64,000 bases of DNA, from IMG/VR virus record IMGVR_UViG_3300018405_000011; one strand, 5' to 3'. Positions 35,846 through 45,618 of this stretch are shown here, one piece after another (position 1 is the first letter of the stretch; each line of letters starts with the position of its first letter). This DNA is from a virus (Duplodnaviria > Caudoviricetes). A program made the translations under genes and the position numbers. The notes beneath the pieces were generated by a model. That model saw only the letters and a list, made by a program, of their open reading frames with translations. It was not told the origin of the DNA and did not search any database.

Positions 35846-38071
35846 TCGGAAGTCATTCAAGCCGAAACCTGCGGTATTGATACTAGTTCCTGAGAAATAA
35901 GCGTCGCCGGATGTAAATGCCAGAATCACCGAACCCGGATCAATATCTATTGTACTTCCGAAGGAGGCGGAAGGAACGGAACGCATTAAAAAGGCTTCCG
36001 ATACATCGCGGTGCGAGTAATTGCTTGTCCCGCTGTACCAAGCCTGCGCCCGCATGCGAGGATAACGGATGAAAAAGCGCTGGCACTGTCTCGCATTTAC
36101 TGAGTGTTCGACTGGAGTAAAGGCCGTCACTTTATCACCCTCTTCTACCTTAATATCAGCAAATAGGACAAAATGACTATTTGTTGCTACTCCAGTAAAA
36201 TAAGCACTAACCGATACACCGCGTTGAATCGCTTCATGGCTCGCGGTTGCCGTAACCTTAAAGTCTATCCATGTACCGTAGCTACCTAACGCTACGTTTT
36301 GAACCACAACGTCAGTAACAGAAGAAAAGTTATCTTTAGCATCTGCGGTAGCTACTTTTAAGTAGAATTGACTTAAGTCCACGTCACTGCCTAGAGTCCC
36401 GTCTACATATACCTTACCACTAAACGTAAAGATATTCTTAGTAAACGAGTTAGACTCAATACGCTGCTCAATACCTATCGTGCCTGATGTCGAGTCCCCT
36501 AGTTGAGCACACGGGCGTTTAGAAGGGGGTAACAAAGAAGCCGTATCCATCTTCTGAACATAGCCCCCCGCACCTAGCGTAATAAAGCGGTCAGGGCCAT
36601 AATCGCCTAAAGTTAATCCCGTCTCACCACGTTGCCAGTAACTAAAGTCACCGTTAATGATTTTATTCTCATTTACTAAAGCTTTAGGTACGGCTTCGAT
36701 TTTCCCATCGAGTTCATTAATATTCTCTTTAACGGTTAAACCCGTTAATGTAGAACCGGTGTTATCGGCACTAACACTCCCTGCCTCTAACTCGATGATT
36801 TTTAAATCACCTTCACTGAGCAAAAACCATTCTGCTGTAGTAATAGCAGGACTTGTTAAAACAACCTCATTGGTTGCTGAGGACACCGTGTAATCACGTT
36901 CAGGGCGTTGTAATACACCTCCGATAGTCAAACGATACATTTTGGCATTATCGTTTTCCAATCCTACCGCACTTAATCGGGTTTCACCAATATTGACTGT
37001 GCCTTCCCATATTTTGCGAGTATATCCAGCATCTTTAATCGTGCTGACGGACTGCCATGCTTTAATCTGCACAATAGTCTCGTCTGACAGAATACCGCCG
37101 CCGGTTAAAACTATTGTGGTACCGTTACTGAGGTATTCTTCGGTAGGCATTAACGTACCGTTAATGTACAAGTCTACCATGTCGACGATGTGGTCTACGT
37201 AAAACGTATCCGCCCCTGTACCAGGCTGGAATTCATAATTCTTAAAGATTTCCTGGCCGACCTCACTTTCACGAAAACCTGAGGTAATATGCCAGTTCTT
37301 AGCAACTTCATCAAAGCTCCATGTTAAGCGAGCGCCATCCATGTCGATAAAGTACTCAGTGTCATACTCCACTGTGTGGTCTGTACTAGGATGAGGGATA
37401 ATGCGGATGTTATGCACCGAAGCGTTTTCGTCGGTGTCACCAGTCACCGTGGTACTGCCACCATCTGGTTTCTCAGGTAAAGTAATGGTCACCATACCCG
37501 TAACGGCAACATTTTCAGTAGGTACTAAAGCACCGATACCAACGTCTAAAACTGTATCTGCGGTTACAGTAGCATTAATACTACCTCCGGTACCACCCGC
37601 ACCAGAAGCCCCGTACTGAACCCATCCTACACCAGGCATCTTAATTAAGCTAATGCCACCATTGCGTGTCTTTAACTCTAAGTTTTCATTAAGCCCATTA
37701 ATGTTTAATGTCGAAGATAGACTTACTGGGAAGTCCGCCCAACTCGAACCTAAATCAAAGAAAGAGACTCGCGCATAATCTGGCGCAGCATCATCCAGAG
37801 CAATAATAAAACTGCCGGCTGAACTGTTTACAGGATGTAACCAACCCGCTGCAGCAGTACCGGCTGCCGCGACCGTGGCGGCAGCTAAGGGCAAGCCGTT
37901 CATTGATACCCAGCGTCCATCGATGACGGCTTCAATAGCACGCTGGTCGGTAGAGATACGTATTGAACCTTCTAGCGGATTGCTTTGACGTTCTGCTGTC
38001 GTACCGTAAGGGAGAATTAAAGCCCCTAGACGGGCTAACTTTAATCCCCATTGTTTAATAATGGTATTCAT
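35828..38071 (-). CDS. Long tail fibre / tail-associated protein, 747 aa
   Basis: LPYGTTAER...GSIRI N-terminus, TITLP-type modules, C-terminal NKIINGDFSYWQRG...DRF...CQRFF...LDAEL. Confidence 0.8.
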   Translation of the reverse strand: MNTIIKQWGLKLARLGALILPYGTTAERQSNPLEGSIRISTDQRAIEAVIDGRWVSMNGLPLAAATVAAAGTAAAGWLHPVNSSAGSFIIALDDAAPDYARVSFFDLGSSWADFPVSLSSTLNINGLNENLELKTRNGGISLIKMPGVGWVQYGASGAGGTGGSINATVTADTVLDVGIGALVPTENVAVTGMVTITLPEKPDGGSTTVTGDTDENASVHNIRIIPHPSTDHTVEYDTEYFIDMDGARLTWSFDEVAKNWHITSGFRESEVGQEIFKNYEFQPGTGADTFYVDHIVDMVDLYINGTLMPTEEYLSNGTTIVLTGGGILSDETIVQIKAWQSVSTIKDAGYTRKIWEGTVNIGETRLSAVGLENDNAKMYRLTIGGVLQRPERDYTVSSATNEVVLTSPAITTAEWFLLSEGDLKIIELEAGSVSADNTGSTLTGLTVKENINELDGKIEAVPKALVNENKIINGDFSYWQRGETGLTLGDYGPDRFITLGAGGYVQKMDTASLLPPSKRPCAQLGDSTSGTIGIEQRIESNSFTKNIFTFSGKVYVDGTLGSDVDLSQFYLKVATADAKDNFSSVTDVVVQNVALGSYGTWIDFKVTATASHEAIQRGVSVSAYFTGVATNSHFVLFADIKVEEGDKVTAFTPVEHSVNARQCQRFFIRYPRMRAQAWYSGTSNYSHRDVSEAFLMRSVPSASFGSTIDIDPGSVILAFTSGDAYFSGTSINTAGFGLNDFRLDAEL

Positions 38072-38082
38072 TGATTAACCTC

Positions 38083-39000
38083 TTAGAAATCGGCAAGGAC
38101 TTTATATTTCAACACACCTGAGACCGACGGAGTAAAGACGACATTGACGGTAGTGCCTGTTTGAGTATGAGACACGGCAACCTGTGGTCCAGCAGACTGA
38201 GCCACATTATCGACATTAATCGCCGATTGTCCGGTACCCACTACGGTAGTTACATTACCACCATCCAGTTCACCGGTCGTGGCTCTAAACACATAGGCAC
38301 CTCGATGTGAGGTTTTACCTGCCGCCGTAGTGTACACAGTTACAGGGGCGCCTGCAGTGACCGCTTGGCTGTAAACAACCTCCGTCAGTTTCGCTTCTAA
38401 ATCCGTTTTTAATACGGCATTTTCAATCTTCAAAGCCAGACGTGAGATTTCCACACCGTGGTTTTTACCACCGGAGTAGGGGTCTACAATCGCTTGCGTA
38501 ATTTTCTCTAGCTGACGCTGTAGGATTTCTAAGGCAGAAACCCCCACTAACGCTTGCTCACGTACCCGTGGTGAAAAGTCAATAGCATTGCCATGAAACG
38601 CTGCCCACTCCCACATGTTAGAACGGTCAAACACGGCGGTTGCTACTTGTACCAGCAGCGCCGAGTCTTCATAGCCACCTAGAGCCTGATACGTAATCCG
38701 CACTTCATCGACGTCAATAGCATCTTGATTTAACACGATGTAAGAGAATATACGCTGGCGGGTCGTGCGAGCAGACGCATTTAAAAAGAGCGGAGAGAAA
38801 CCAAAATGGGATTCCGGTATTAAAGGAAACCACACGCCCGCATTCTTACGTCCCTCTACTACGATACTGTCTCCGAAAAAAGGACCGTGTTCAGTAAAGA
38901 CAGAAACGTCGATGCTCATATCGACCGTGTGCAGTTCAGCGCTAATGAGGTTGGCTGGTGATTCACCAGTGGGGTCAAATGTATAATCGGTATAAGCCAT
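38083..39000 (-). CDS. phiKZ-like virion structural protein, D-x-TG...NL...E-x-H family
   Basis: YTFDPTGESPANLISAELH...HGPFFGDS. Confidence 0.75.
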   Translation of the reverse strand: MAYTDYTFDPTGESPANLISAELHTVDMSIDVSVFTEHGPFFGDSIVVEGRKNAGVWFPLIPESHFGFSPLFLNASARTTRQRIFSYIVLNQDAIDVDEVRITYQALGGYEDSALLVQVATAVFDRSNMWEWAAFHGNAIDFSPRVREQALVGVSALEILQRQLEKITQAIVDPYSGGKNHGVEISRLALKIENAVLKTDLEAKLTEVVYSQAVTAGAPVTVYTTAAGKTSHRGAYVFRATTGELDGGNVTTVVGTGQSAINVDNVAQSAGPQVAVSHTQTGTTVNVVFTPSVSGVLKYKVLADF

Positions 39001-39012
39001 GATTAATCGTCC

Positions 39013-40005
39013 TTAGTTTCCTAAACGCGTCGCAGACAATACTGCACCACGGCTAGTATCGCAGATAACACATTGGTTGCTAGACCCGCCGTTTAAACGC
39101 ATCTGTAGTTTTAAGTTTGTGTTTGCTGGGATAGAGTGTGAGATGTTATTGGTGTAAGAGCGACTTACCGTCGTGTTGTTAAGCATCCATCGGTATGAGA
39201 TACTTTCTACGCCAGCATCGACCACTGGGTCTAATGAATGCGAGACTTTATACGTTCCAGCACTGACGACTAGGGCAGTCAGCGGGGTATCAAACCACAC
39301 ATCGGCAGGCTGGGCACCTAAGTCTACATTTTCTACTCCACCAACGTTGGTAAAGAGAGCACTCTCATAATGCACGGTAGACCCGCCCATGCCGTTAGCC
39401 AGTATTGCAGAGGTAAGGCTATTAAGGTTTGTCATGAGTGGGCTAATAAACCCGGTGTCTAGGTCTTTAATATCATTAATACTCAGTTCCGTAAAATGCG
39501 CTTCTATCGCGGTACGGATACGTGTCATTTCTTCAATAACTCGGTTTACCCCGTCCATGTCTGTTACTACGTGCTGATGGCTCGTAGGAGGGAACGTAGG
39601 AGGCGTAATCAAATCTTCCCATAGCACGGTCTGTAAATCTGCTAACGTGCTTAGACCGCTTTCTAGGGCCTGTGTTACGTTAGTGACGAAATCACCACCT
39701 AGGGACTGAAGCTGCAGATGGAATGTCCCTGTCATGTTGACGTCTAACAGGGTAATTGAACCATAGACTTTTTCAGCCATGGCTACATCGGCTGCTTCAA
39801 AATAATGCGAGAAAAAGAAGTCTTCACCATCCACTAAATATCGACCGCTTTCCTCATGAAAGACAGAAAAGCCAGTTTTGAAGAAGGGTGCCCAGTCGGG
39901 GACTATGAACTGGTAGTTCACGCCGTTGATGGCGGAGACAACATGTGTTTCGGTTTTAAGGTTGGATGCCAGTTGACCGGTTTCATCAAACGGTAATAAG
40001 GACAT
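39013..40005 (-). CDS. phiKZ-like virion structural protein, D-x-TG...NL...E-x-H family
   Basis: LPFDETGQLASNLKTETH...APFF...YQLQSLGG-like...PPTFPPTSHQH. Confidence 0.75.
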   Translation of the reverse strand: MSLLPFDETGQLASNLKTETHVVSAINGVNYQFIVPDWAPFFKTGFSVFHEESGRYLVDGEDFFFSHYFEAADVAMAEKVYGSITLLDVNMTGTFHLQLQSLGGDFVTNVTQALESGLSTLADLQTVLWEDLITPPTFPPTSHQHVVTDMDGVNRVIEEMTRIRTAIEAHFTELSINDIKDLDTGFISPLMTNLNSLTSAILANGMGGSTVHYESALFTNVGGVENVDLGAQPADVWFDTPLTALVVSAGTYKVSHSLDPVVDAGVESISYRWMLNNTTVSRSYTNNISHSIPANTNLKLQMRLNGGSSNQCVICDTSRGAVLSATRLGN

Positions 40006-40129
40006 GGGTGTTACTCCTGTTTAAAAGGATAGGCTATAGCTCATAAAATTAGCTCTTCCAGACCCTGTCAGCGAATTCTATGCATTTTAAAACGATTCTT
40101 TTTCAGTCAGTTTTCAAGGACTATTAATC

Positions 40130-41368
40130 ATGTTCACAGTAATTGCTACTTATTCTAAAATTAACTATGGCTGGAAACCTTCAGACCTAGCAAACACCCC
40201 CTTAGAAGACATCCTTTTGTTACAGGACGCGCGCTTTACAGTAGAATGGGACGGAGACTTTGCCAGAGACTTTCTGGTTAGTGTAAACCGAACCCTAATG
40301 CGCAATGCAGAGTCTACACTTACATTGTCACAGTGGGTAGCTACGTTAGCAGAAGATGCTCTAATCATGACAGACCGAGCTAATGGGCTACGGGACTCGA
40401 GTGTGGTACTCTGCTACGATTTATATGACGTAGCCGAAACGGTAGAGAAGGGCAATGTTAACTATGGTAATGGAGTGGCCATCCCAGAAGGGTTAGAAGC
40501 CGACATCATCTTTAACACGTCGTTTAGTGCTCCAGATTACCGCAGTACGGAAAACTTCAGTAAGCAAATACTCGCGGTAGTCAATGGGCTGATACACCCA
40601 ACGATATATCAGCAAGGGTATATCCATATACTCGGTGCCTATCAGCGCTTCATTAATGAGAAAGACCAACTCATTAATCTGATTGATTTTGCTCAAGTTG
40701 GTGGTATCGATACTTACGAGATTACCGATAGTATGATTCATGAGGTTGAACGTACATTAACCGACCAAGCGCGTTATGTCACCCGCATGGTTGTCACTCT
40801 ACCTGTTGACATCGGTATGTATACCCCTCTATTAGTCTTAGATGGACACCTGCATGTCATTGACGATGAAACATATGAGATTGTAGATAAAGACAAACTC
40901 TTAATTGAAGTCGACCATTACTTAGCCCTACAGAGAGCCGCTAAGAAACCTCGTGATACTCGCACGTGGGTAGACCCGGCGAATCTACAGAAAGTAGGTA
41001 TTAATACCTTAAGCTTCGATGCCCGTAAGTACCTTTCTGACACTTATAGCTTTGTTGTGCTAGTAAAGACATCAGACTTGTCTATCATGCGTGAGCCATT
41101 AGGTGCCTGTATGCAACAGAATACCTACTATCACTATCGTGCACCTAAAGGCATTGTATATTTCGATGACATGTCTATGGCAAACGCCCGTGTTACAGAG
41201 TTTAATGAACACGAAGTGCAACTTTCGACCATGTCAAACAATCGTCCAAGCTGGACATATGAAACCACCCCAGTTACAGACTTAATTGGCTACAGTGAAA
41301 ATGGTTACCCAACACCGAGCCCTCGATATAAAGACGGCTTCGTATTAGAAATGTATTCATTCGCATAA
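40130..41368 (+). CDS. Putative virion structural protein (phiKZ-like)
   Basis: Long ORF in the structural block; divergent from the tail operon. Confidence 0.65.
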   Translation: MFTVIATYSKINYGWKPSDLANTPLEDILLLQDARFTVEWDGDFARDFLVSVNRTLMRNAESTLTLSQWVATLAEDALIMTDRANGLRDSSVVLCYDLYDVAETVEKGNVNYGNGVAIPEGLEADIIFNTSFSAPDYRSTENFSKQILAVVNGLIHPTIYQQGYIHILGAYQRFINEKDQLINLIDFAQVGGIDTYEITDSMIHEVERTLTDQARYVTRMVVTLPVDIGMYTPLLVLDGHLHVIDDETYEIVDKDKLLIEVDHYLALQRAAKKPRDTRTWVDPANLQKVGINTLSFDARKYLSDTYSFVVLVKTSDLSIMREPLGACMQQNTYYHYRAPKGIVYFDDMSMANARVTEFNEHEVQLSTMSNNRPSWTYETTPVTDLIGYSENGYPTPSPRYKDGFVLEMYSFA

Positions 41369-41378
41369 AAGAAAGAAA

Positions 41379-41408
41379 CTCTCTCCTTATCCTAGGATAA
41401 GGAGAGAG
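41379..41408. terminator. Terminator between convergent genes
   Basis: CTCTCTCCTTATCC/GGATAAGGAGAGAG inverted repeat. Confidence 0.85.
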
Positions 41409-41410
41409 GG

Positions 41411-42013
41411 TTATGTGACGTATTTTTTTAACTGTTCAGTTAACAGGTTATTTCTTTCAACTAAAACCTGTTCTCTTTCTAGCGCTAACTTAAGTTGACG
41501 GGCATAGGTGTCGCGATAGTTAACGTTCGCTTGCCTTGCCACTTCTAAGTCCGCGTGTCTCGAGAAACTAACGGAATCAGCAATCAGGCCGGTCATTACC
41601 TTACCCGTGGAATTAATCCCGATATTCGCATCAAGCAATTCCTTTATTGCTGTTACGGTATCAGATAAGTCCATGTCGTTAGGCAAAGCACCTAAATCAA
41701 ACGTGACAAATGTTCGACTATATGGAACGGATTTTGTTGTTGGGAAACTAAGGATGTAACTCGAAGGAACACGTATGGGCGCTTCCGTGTTTGACAATAG
41801 CGTAATAATGTTTTCGTTATTACGCAGGTCACGCAGATAGTCGCTCGTACTTAACCCATGTGGGGCATAGTAAACCGCATAGATATCGACGCCCTCGGCA
41901 TTAAGGGCTTCGAAACCTTCAATCGATTCACAAATGTAAGTGGCCCCAGCCACGACCGTAAACGGCGTCTGGAGCTCATACGTTCCCACGGCTAAATGTG
42001 GAGGGGTAGCCAT
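41411..42013 (-). CDS. Putative virion structural protein (phiKZ-like)
   Basis: GTYELQTPF...FDLGALP; C-terminal coiled coil. Confidence 0.65.
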   Translation of the reverse strand: MATPPHLAVGTYELQTPFTVVAGATYICESIEGFEALNAEGVDIYAVYYAPHGLSTSDYLRDLRNNENIITLLSNTEAPIRVPSSYILSFPTTKSVPYSRTFVTFDLGALPNDMDLSDTVTAIKELLDANIGINSTGKVMTGLIADSVSFSRHADLEVARQANVNYRDTYARQLKLALEREQVLVERNNLLTEQLKKYVT

Positions 42014-42014
42014 A

Positions 42015-43310
42015 TTAGATAGCCTCTAGGTAAGATGCACGTGTTGCCATGCGGTAAACAATATTGTTATCAGCCTTTTCTAAGAAACTGATACCTGAGA
42101 TTTGGTTTCTCGTAATACCTGTAGGTAAAACCTGCGTGCCCGTGTCGACTTCGGCGGCTCGCGCTAAACTGTCTAAGGTACTAATAATAGACTGAGTAGC
42201 TGCACTGACTCGGTTAATAGACTGGTCATTTAAGGCAATGATAGTGTAGTCAGGGAATAGTGCCTCAAAACTTTGAACGTTTACGTCATTCGTGTCACCG
42301 GCCAGTACAAAGACTGGTAAAGCACGGAAGAGTAAAGTAATGCCTTCACCTTGTCCTAGAATGTCTCCAGTATCACGCCCAATAAGAATTGGGTTAATTA
42401 AGGAAACCAGTTCGTTGAACTTAAACAGTGGACGCATCATGCTGTCGATACCAGGACCAGCACTTAAAGCAACTTTATTCCATAAAGGGACTAGATTAAA
42501 AACATCCAATGTTTGAATGTCGGGAAAGTATTCTTTCCACTCGTCCACCGTATATGGAGTTTCAGACTCCAAGTAAGTTCTGATAGCTTCTAAGGTCTTA
42601 TCTGTACGAAGCGCATCTTTACCATACCCCAGCACATACCATACTGTAGTAAACTGATTATTCAGGTTCGCTGGGTCATTCCACTTTAATGAAAACGTTG
42701 TGATTTCAGTAGGCTTCTCTTCCAGCGTCGCGGTATTTAATGCGTTTAACTTATTGATTTCCGTATAAGCATTAAGTGCAGCGAGTGCTCCAGCATAACC
42801 TTGATATAAGTTAGTAACTGGGCTACATGGAGGAAGTACTAATGTTTCAGAAGGTTCATACTCTTCTAAAAAGGCAGTGTTAGAAAACCATATCTCAAAG
42901 TTAGTAACTTCAAGGTCGGTATGCGTGCAGTTTAAAGACTGAGGTAAAGTAAAGCCATTCTCAGTAATCAAATTACCAAATGCAAAACCACTTAACGTAC
43001 TATCCGCATTGGTAGAGATAAAATCGATTAACGTCCCATTCGCTGGGATAAAGTCATTACGGATTTTGTTAATCAGCAATAACAAAGGTAAGCAGTCAGC
43101 CGCATCCAGCCCATCGACATCCTCACCAGAAATGTCTTTAGAATAAAAGACCGTAAGTTCTAAGCCCGGTGCCGTATCATCAGCGATGTACTGCTTCTTT
43201 CGACTGTAGGTACGGGCAATCGTACTGAGCTCGCCCAGTGCCGCAACCGCGTTGGGCGCATTGTTGGCATTAGACGGTATTTCAATAAAGCCCTTGATTG
43301 TTCTTGACAT
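42015..43310 (-). CDS. Putative virion structural protein (phiKZ-like)
   Basis: IKGFIEIP..ANNAP..VAALGELS...FEIWFSN..F..EY. Confidence 0.7.
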   Translation of the reverse strand: MSRTIKGFIEIPSNANNAPNAVAALGELSTIARTYSRKKQYIADDTAPGLELTVFYSKDISGEDVDGLDAADCLPLLLLINKIRNDFIPANGTLIDFISTNADSTLSGFAFGNLITENGFTLPQSLNCTHTDLEVTNFEIWFSNTAFLEEYEPSETLVLPPCSPVTNLYQGYAGALAALNAYTEINKLNALNTATLEEKPTEITTFSLKWNDPANLNNQFTTVWYVLGYGKDALRTDKTLEAIRTYLESETPYTVDEWKEYFPDIQTLDVFNLVPLWNKVALSAGPGIDSMMRPLFKFNELVSLINPILIGRDTGDILGQGEGITLLFRALPVFVLAGDTNDVNVQSFEALFPDYTIIALNDQSINRVSAATQSIISTLDSLARAAEVDTGTQVLPTGITRNQISGISFLEKADNNIVYRMATRASYLEAI

Positions 43311-43415
43311 GGGTTCGCTCCAAAATAATAAATGCCTGTGGACACTATATATTTACAGGCTCAGAGAATTTGTTAGTGCATAAATATAACTGACGATTTT
43401 AAGGACACTCACTGT

Positions 43416-43832
43416 ATGAACATTAAACGTATCTTTGGCTATATCTTTAGCCAGGGCTGGTTCCAGCTAGTTATTACACTTCTGCTCCTGGCAAGCATTG
43501 CAGTCGGCGGCATGAAATACTTTGTCGATTCCACCCAAGCTAAATTAACCGCAGTAGAAACGGCGCAGGGCACTCCAGCACCAGACACGCGTGACGAAAC
43601 AATTCGGTTCCTCATGGCCCAGGTGGCACAGCTAGAAGCCGATAAGCGGCTAGAAACCGCCGCCTTATTAAAGGAACAGAAAGTATCCCGTGCGCAACAG
43701 TTAACCATCCAACAGTTAACCATCGAGAAGGGTGAACTGAGCAATCAGCTAAAAGTACAAGAATTCATGATTCGTGTGCTGACTAAAGAAAATAAAGAAA
43801 TGGGGGCAATTTATAATGAAGTCTTTAATTAG
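43416..43832 (+). CDS. Probable i-spanin (Rz-like)
   Basis: Single N-terminal TM followed by a long coiled coil; overlaps the start of the lipoprotein gene. Confidence 0.6.
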   Translation: MNIKRIFGYIFSQGWFQLVITLLLLASIAVGGMKYFVDSTQAKLTAVETAQGTPAPDTRDETIRFLMAQVAQLEADKRLETAALLKEQKVSRAQQLTIQQLTIEKGELSNQLKVQEFMIRVLTKENKEMGAIYNEVFN

Positions 43833-44142
43833 CCTCCTTGCCGTATTGACCCTAAGTGGCTGCGTATCCATACAGCCTGTTATCGAGCGCACGGTTATCT
43901 ATGACGCGCCAGTTCCTACCGAGAGTCCCGTAATAGACCCCGTCATTCAAATGTCGGTCTGTGTCCCTATGGCTCTAGAGACGGTGTCGAAAACCCCCAT
44001 TAATAAAGACGTGTTTATTGCCATTCCAGATAAGGCACAGGGTATTGTCTCATATGTCGAAGCACTGGAAGAAAAAAACCGTGAGTTAGAATCGATTATA
44101 AGCGACTACTATGAGTTAAGGTTGAACTGTTATGATTTATAG
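43816..44142 (+). CDS. Probable o-spanin (Rz1-like lipoprotein)
   Basis: Lipobox LSG-C, Pro-rich linker, additional Cys residues. Confidence 0.65.
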   Translation: MKSLISLLAVLTLSGCVSIQPVIERTVIYDAPVPTESPVIDPVIQMSVCVPMALETVSKTPINKDVFIAIPDKAQGIVSYVEALEEKNRELESIISDYYELRLNCYDL

Positions 44143-45568
44143 AGTTTATACAGACGGCGGCAGCCGACCGCATAATAACGTCGGTAATGCAGGTGGTTGG
44201 GGTGTATGGATAGAAGGGGATGATGTCCCCTATGGACTGTATGGTTCCGGTGGTGTACCCTGTACCAACAACATGGCCGAGATGATGGCGTACCTGAATG
44301 CGGTTCGTCAAGTCGTGTTACGTCAGCCTGACGAAGTCTGCTTTTATTTAGACTCCCGATATGTCATGGATAACTGTGGGCATGTTTTAGAAGGGTGGAA
44401 GAAGAAAGGCTGGTTGACCTCTAAAGGGGAACCTGTTAAAAACATTGGGTTATGGAAAGCCATCGATGAAGCTCAGCAAGACCTGCGCGCTATGTGTATT
44501 CCAGTCGAATACAAGTGGGTAAAAGGCCACAGTGGCATTTACGGGAATGAATGTGCCGACAGTTTAGCAACCGCAGGGATTGAGCGTGCCTGTAAGGGTA
44601 TTGACTACGGAGAAGTCGTCGAGACTAAAGAGCATTTCTACGTCGACCCGAAAGCACCGGCTGTGAAGGTAGAGACCGTACTGGCCACAGACGGTAAGAA
44701 AGCACCGAAAGTAAAAATCCCGGCATCTAACGCCTTTATATGTTTTAGCCGATTGCTGGACATCTCACATCGCCCTCAAGCACAAACTGCGGACGGGCGT
44801 ACTGTTTATATGGCACAGAACTTCACTACTCGTGCTAAGTCGGGGGACGACGATGGCGCAGCAACCAAAGCTAAGAAAGCCGAAGGGAAAACCCGTAACT
44901 TAGGGACGATAGACCCCGACGCCAGTGAAGGTGTGGTGGTGTCGAAAACACCATGTATGCAATACCAGCGACTGAGGGACTTTCAGAATGAGATTGCTCC
45001 GTTAACGGCGGACTATCCATTCATTGTAGCATGGGACACCTTTACGTCAAAAGCTCGATGGGAAGAACACTGTCAGCTCGATACACCCCCTTTTAAGAAG
45101 GTAAATAAGTCAGTCTTCTATAAGGATAAAACCACGCAGTTAACCTACTATCTAGAAGTCCCACGTCTAGCGTATAACGCCGTAGAAAGCTGTATGTCTA
45201 AGCTACAGATGATAGAAGCCTTTGAGCAAGGTAAGTTCGATGGGGATATCGAAGACATTACTGACATGTTCTTTACGACCGATAAGAAAGGGAAGTCGGT
45301 ACTTAAAAAGACAGCCGATGTCGATAAGGTTATTCTACACGAGACGGTTTACGAAGATAAACCTTTAGTAGTGCGCTTAACTCAGAAAATCCACATTCCT
45401 GAAATGACAGCGATTTCGCGTATGTTTAAGCAAGAAGGGGAATTGAAGATTTATTTTGTGAAGTTTATCAAAACCCCAGTATCGTTTAGACACGGTATAA
45501 TCATTGTCGGTAAAGATAACATTGGGTTCTATAACTCACCAACCTCCAGTCTTAGACTGGTACCATAG
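44132..45568 (+). CDS. rnhA: Ribonuclease HI with a C-terminal extension (phiKZ gp155-like)
   Basis: YTDGG...TNNMAE...DSRYV...W...GW...PVKN..LW...WVKGHSG..GNE.AD.LA. Confidence 0.92.
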   Translation: MIYRVYTDGGSRPHNNVGNAGGWGVWIEGDDVPYGLYGSGGVPCTNNMAEMMAYLNAVRQVVLRQPDEVCFYLDSRYVMDNCGHVLEGWKKKGWLTSKGEPVKNIGLWKAIDEAQQDLRAMCIPVEYKWVKGHSGIYGNECADSLATAGIERACKGIDYGEVVETKEHFYVDPKAPAVKVETVLATDGKKAPKVKIPASNAFICFSRLLDISHRPQAQTADGRTVYMAQNFTTRAKSGDDDGAATKAKKAEGKTRNLGTIDPDASEGVVVSKTPCMQYQRLRDFQNEIAPLTADYPFIVAWDTFTSKARWEEHCQLDTPPFKKVNKSVFYKDKTTQLTYYLEVPRLAYNAVESCMSKLQMIEAFEQGKFDGDIEDITDMFFTTDKKGKSVLKKTADVDKVILHETVYEDKPLVVRLTQKIHIPEMTAISRMFKQEGELKIYFVKFIKTPVSFRHGIIIVGKDNIGFYNSPTSSLRLVP

Positions 45569-45574
45569 ATAATG

Positions 45575-45611
45575 CCTCTATCTCCTTTACGCTGTGTAAA
45601 GGAGATAGAGG
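45575..45611. terminator. Terminator between convergent genes
   Basis: CCTCTATCTCCTTTAC/GTAAAGGAGATAGAGG, 16 bp. Confidence 0.85.
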
Positions 45612-45618
45612 ATTTCTT

